Shown: piece by piece, positions 36,401 through 39,225 of the stretch
Layout of the letters: each line of letters starts with the position of its first letter
How positions within the stretch are numbered: position 1 is the first letter of the stretch
Origin: Pelomyxa schiedti
Taxonomy: Eukaryota; Protista; Evosea
Assembly: GCA_020536535.1 (NCBI GenBank)
Contig: JAHLWZ010000949.1
Span: 1-39,225 of the forward strand
Reading direction: 5' to 3'
DNA: 39,225 nucleotides
The notes under the pieces: generated by a model
The model's input: the letters and a program-made list of their open reading frames with translations, nothing else
What the model was told of the DNA's origin: nothing
Databases searched by the model: none
Program-made: the position numbers and the translations under genes

Positions 36401-38288
36401 CTTGGAAAAGAGTTGTCATTGTATGCAGATACCTAGTAGAGTTAGAGAAGTAATAGTTATTTGTATTACCATTGATGATTGGGAGCATATCTCTCAGAAA
36501 GTTGGGTTATTCTAAGCACGAGGTCCTTTCTAAAAAATGTATCTGCACTTCAATTTAAAAACTAAAAAATAGCAACACTTACGCACCACTGGAAGTCTGT
36601 AAGTGCTCTAAGAGCTTTGAAACAACAGAGACAACATTCTTGGAATTGGTCATGAGATACAATAAGTCAAGGGTCTTAGGAAGTCAATATTTCGGTTTTA
36701 AAGCACAGGACTACCTCTCTCCTTAAGGTCTCATCCTCAGACTCCAAACAATCTAAAAGCACCAATTGATGCTCAGTGGCATAGGCTGGATTCAACTTGA
36801 CGAGGCTTGTCAGTGCTGGACTTGAGATTACTACTATGAAAATCATGCAAATTACGGAATGAATACCTTTAATCCCAAGATACTTCAGGTTGTAATCGCG
36901 GCTGGCCATCATTTTGGAGATGTTTTTAGTAGTAATTTCAGTTAGCAAGTCTGGCTTGGGGTAGATTTTCGTTATGGTCCGAATGCACTCGTACACAATT
37001 GCTGAGTGCCGGTTAGCGTTTGAAGCTGTCTTATTTAGGTTCGTAAATACCAAAGCTGGCATTGTTGACAATAGAGCATGCACCTGCCAGAGCAGCCCCT
37101 ACAACTTCATAAATCTGTTCACTTGTTCTAAGCGTTGTGTATAAGCAAATAGGAAAGTGTAAAATAAGTATCAAGTGAATAGGTGCCAGGAGAAGTTTAC
37201 CTACTTGCGGTTATCCTTCCCGAGGATCCCTAGTAATTCTAGAAGGTGAACTTGCACCCACGGAGCTGGGATCCCATGAAAATCATATGCACGTGGGAGG
37301 TGGTGATCAACTACCTATGGTACTCTGTGGAGTTGAAACAGAGGCTGTTCAGAAACCTGCCATAACAGATGGACTAAAGAAGGAACAAGGTCAACCCAGT
37401 GCTGATGGTCTGGGTCTTGCTTTACAATTTCTTGCATAGCACACAACGTGGCTGCCATTACACAAGGATCAGTATCACACAAAGAAGCCCGTAAAGTTGC
37501 ATCAATGTCAATAGATGATCTGTCCTTTTTCCAAATATGGAGTGCTGCCATCACAGCCTTCTGACGAACGGCAGGCCTATTAAATGTTTAATGTCAATAA
37601 TATACACTCCGACCTTCGAACCTTTTGTGGGTCAAAAGCTCTGCCTTGATTATGTTTGTGAAAGCTGGAACAGTGGTCTCTGTGAGCAACCTCGTCATTG
37701 CAGTTAAGGCAGCGCACACTTCAAGGTAGTTGGGACTTTCAAGACCCTACAGAAAAATATTCAGAAATAGGGAAACCACAGTCCGCCAATACCTTGCGCA
37801 GTGAGTTGGTTGTCATCATGGCAAGAGGGTGGTCCTCATGCAAGCATAGTGTGACAGCAAGGTAGCCAGTTCTTTTGTTGAGAGCCCGAGCATGTTGTGT
37901 TGCATTCATTGCAGCAATGTGCCCAAAGGAAGCATCAAACCCCAGCATTTCACAGTACATCAAGCGCACGAGGTTCTCTTTCACTTTTCTCTTTAAAAAT
38001 AGAGGACCATTAATGATACAGTGGTAGGCAAGAAAAGTGTACCGCATCAGTTTCTGGCTTCGAAAAAGCGACCTTGAGTCGCTCAACTTCTTCACCTATT
38101 GGACGACAACACAAGGAAAATGGTTAGGGGTTTGTTGTGACATTCCTTGTGCTGGGAAAAAAAAAAAAAAAGAAAAGAAAAGAAAACAACGTACCCATGA
38201 CCCTTTGCTCTTCTTCCTTAGATCTCGCTTCGCCTATATCACGCACCAGCTCAAAGAAATCCTTCCCGCCCCACCCCAGCATCTGCAT
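33445..38288 (-). CDS. AP4E1: AP-4 adaptor complex epsilon subunit
   Basis: KDFFELVRDIGEARSKEEEQR, VRLMYCEMLGFDASFGHI...KRTGYLAVTLCLHEDH, an adaptin trunk, an S/T/P-rich hinge and the appendage platform RPNVITTDAFGKMW...HCVQIIG. The last exon ends EKLRLQRN* at 33445. Confidence 0.93.
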
Positions 38289-38528
38289 TGTCCCGACTTT
38301 TGATTTGTCTTTTGATTTTCTTGCCTCTTGAAATCTAATCGATGGTCGTTTGGGGAGCAGGGGAGTGCTGCCTCTCGATGTGGGGTTCGGTCGCCCATGT
38401 AACTGCTGCCCATTGGAACTCCCAGGAGTTCTCGTGTCCACAATTTGATCTGTAACTGAGTTCAATGTGTGAGGAAGACGGCTTTGCGCAATGTAACAAA
38501 CAATCCCATTATTCACATGTGCTTTTTT

Positions 38529-39059
38529 TTAACACAGCTGAGTTGAGGCAGTGAATCAACTCAAAATCCAATCCATTGCATGAGTGCAGAAACCAGCACT
38601 TTGTTCCAAAGGGTCTGTGTTTTGTATCTTTTGAAGAACACCTTCATGAAAGAATTACTTCATTTGTGCAAACTGTGGGGAAACTCACTGCTGATCAGTG
38701 AGCCACTTGTTCCATCTGATCCAAGTTGCCTCATGCACTTTCATCATTGCCTAAGTGACACAGTTACTGAGAGCTTTCACACAGTCCTGAGGTTACTGTA
38801 TTTGGATATCCTTGACAAGATGTGACCTGTGCTGGGTCACATAATAGCAGGTACTGATGAGGTCACAGTTTTGGAGTGGGCAATCATGGATGTGTTATTC
38901 CATTCAATGTGACCACTGTGGTGCATGCATTCCCCTGTTGTGTGTCCTGAGGATGAGAGCACACTTAATGTAGCAGGGGTGCCTGTTCAAGGCTCATCCT
39001 CAGAACTGTTGGCTCATAACTGGATCATGGGGCGGAGGTTTTGGGGCGAAGCTTTATAG
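38529..39059 (+). pseudogene. CpG-purged decayed reading frame (pseudogene or transposon relic)
   Basis: One frame is interrupted only by TGA codons (38544, 38823, 38910), and there is no CG dinucleotide from 38489 to 39032. No recognisable domain. Confidence 0.4.
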
Positions 39060-39155
39060 CAGAAAACACTGACACCTTCACCCTTTTTTCTTCGCCCATG
39101 GGGCGAAGCTTTTTTTCCTCTCAAAACCTTCGCCCAGGGGCAAAGGTTTTGGGGG
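39026..39155. repeat. Cluster of related short inverted and direct repeats (hairpins), possibly a mobile-element end
   Basis: CTTCGCCC-ATG-GGGCGAAG (39090-39108, perfect 8-bp stem); AAAACCTTCGCCC-AG-GGGCAAAGGTTTT (39123-39150); related direct copy CATGGGGCGGAGGTTTTGGGGCGAAGC (39026-39052). Confidence 0.75.
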
Positions 39156-39225
39156 TAACCAACCTCTTCCAAACAACAAGCACAAAGGTCCACGTGGTAG
39201 ACAAACACCTTACTGAGTGAGCCAA

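Noticed and set aside
38529-39059. TGA recoding (selenocysteine or Trp/Arg reassignment) to explain the in-frame TGAs
   Set aside because: TGA is a normal stop in well-supported genes here (ATG10, the ThDP enzyme, the APH-like gene), no SECIS-like context is evident, and CpG decay explains the pattern more simply.
39026-39155. CRISPR-like or rho-independent terminator interpretation of the hairpins
   Set aside because: There is no regular repeat-spacer periodicity and no cas gene, and the context is an intron-rich eukaryotic genome.

Overview
Eukaryotic, very gene-dense nuclear DNA with many short spliceosomal introns (mostly about 40-140 nt). I count about 19 protein-coding genes; the ORF track shows only single exons or antisense shadows for most, and I joined exons by eye using GT/GC-AG boundaries and family motifs. 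Confident calls: a Ras-family GTPase, tRNA m2G10 methyltransferase Trm11, CFAP58, PCNA, a small heat-shock protein, an LRR dual-specificity phosphatase, ATG10 and AP-4 epsilon. Three enzymes look bacterial in type: a secreted FAD-dependent oxidoreductase, a thiamine-diphosphate enzyme and an APH-like phosphotransferase. There are also a small secreted Frizzled-type CRD protein, a probable GPI-anchored surface protein and several lineage-specific hypotheticals. The gene content (flagellar CFAP58, LRR-DUSP, Frizzled-type CRD) fits a flagellated amoebozoan, possibly an archamoeba such as Pelomyxa; this is inference. No rRNA, tRNA, CRISPR array or intact transposase was seen. The most unusual signals are: a 544-bp tract with no CpG holding a decayed reading frame, next to a hairpin cluster at the right end; CpG-island-like gene 5' ends; a candidate U12-type intron inside a probable HGT gene; a Ras that appears to lack the DxxG glycine and Q61; and a standalone secreted CRD.
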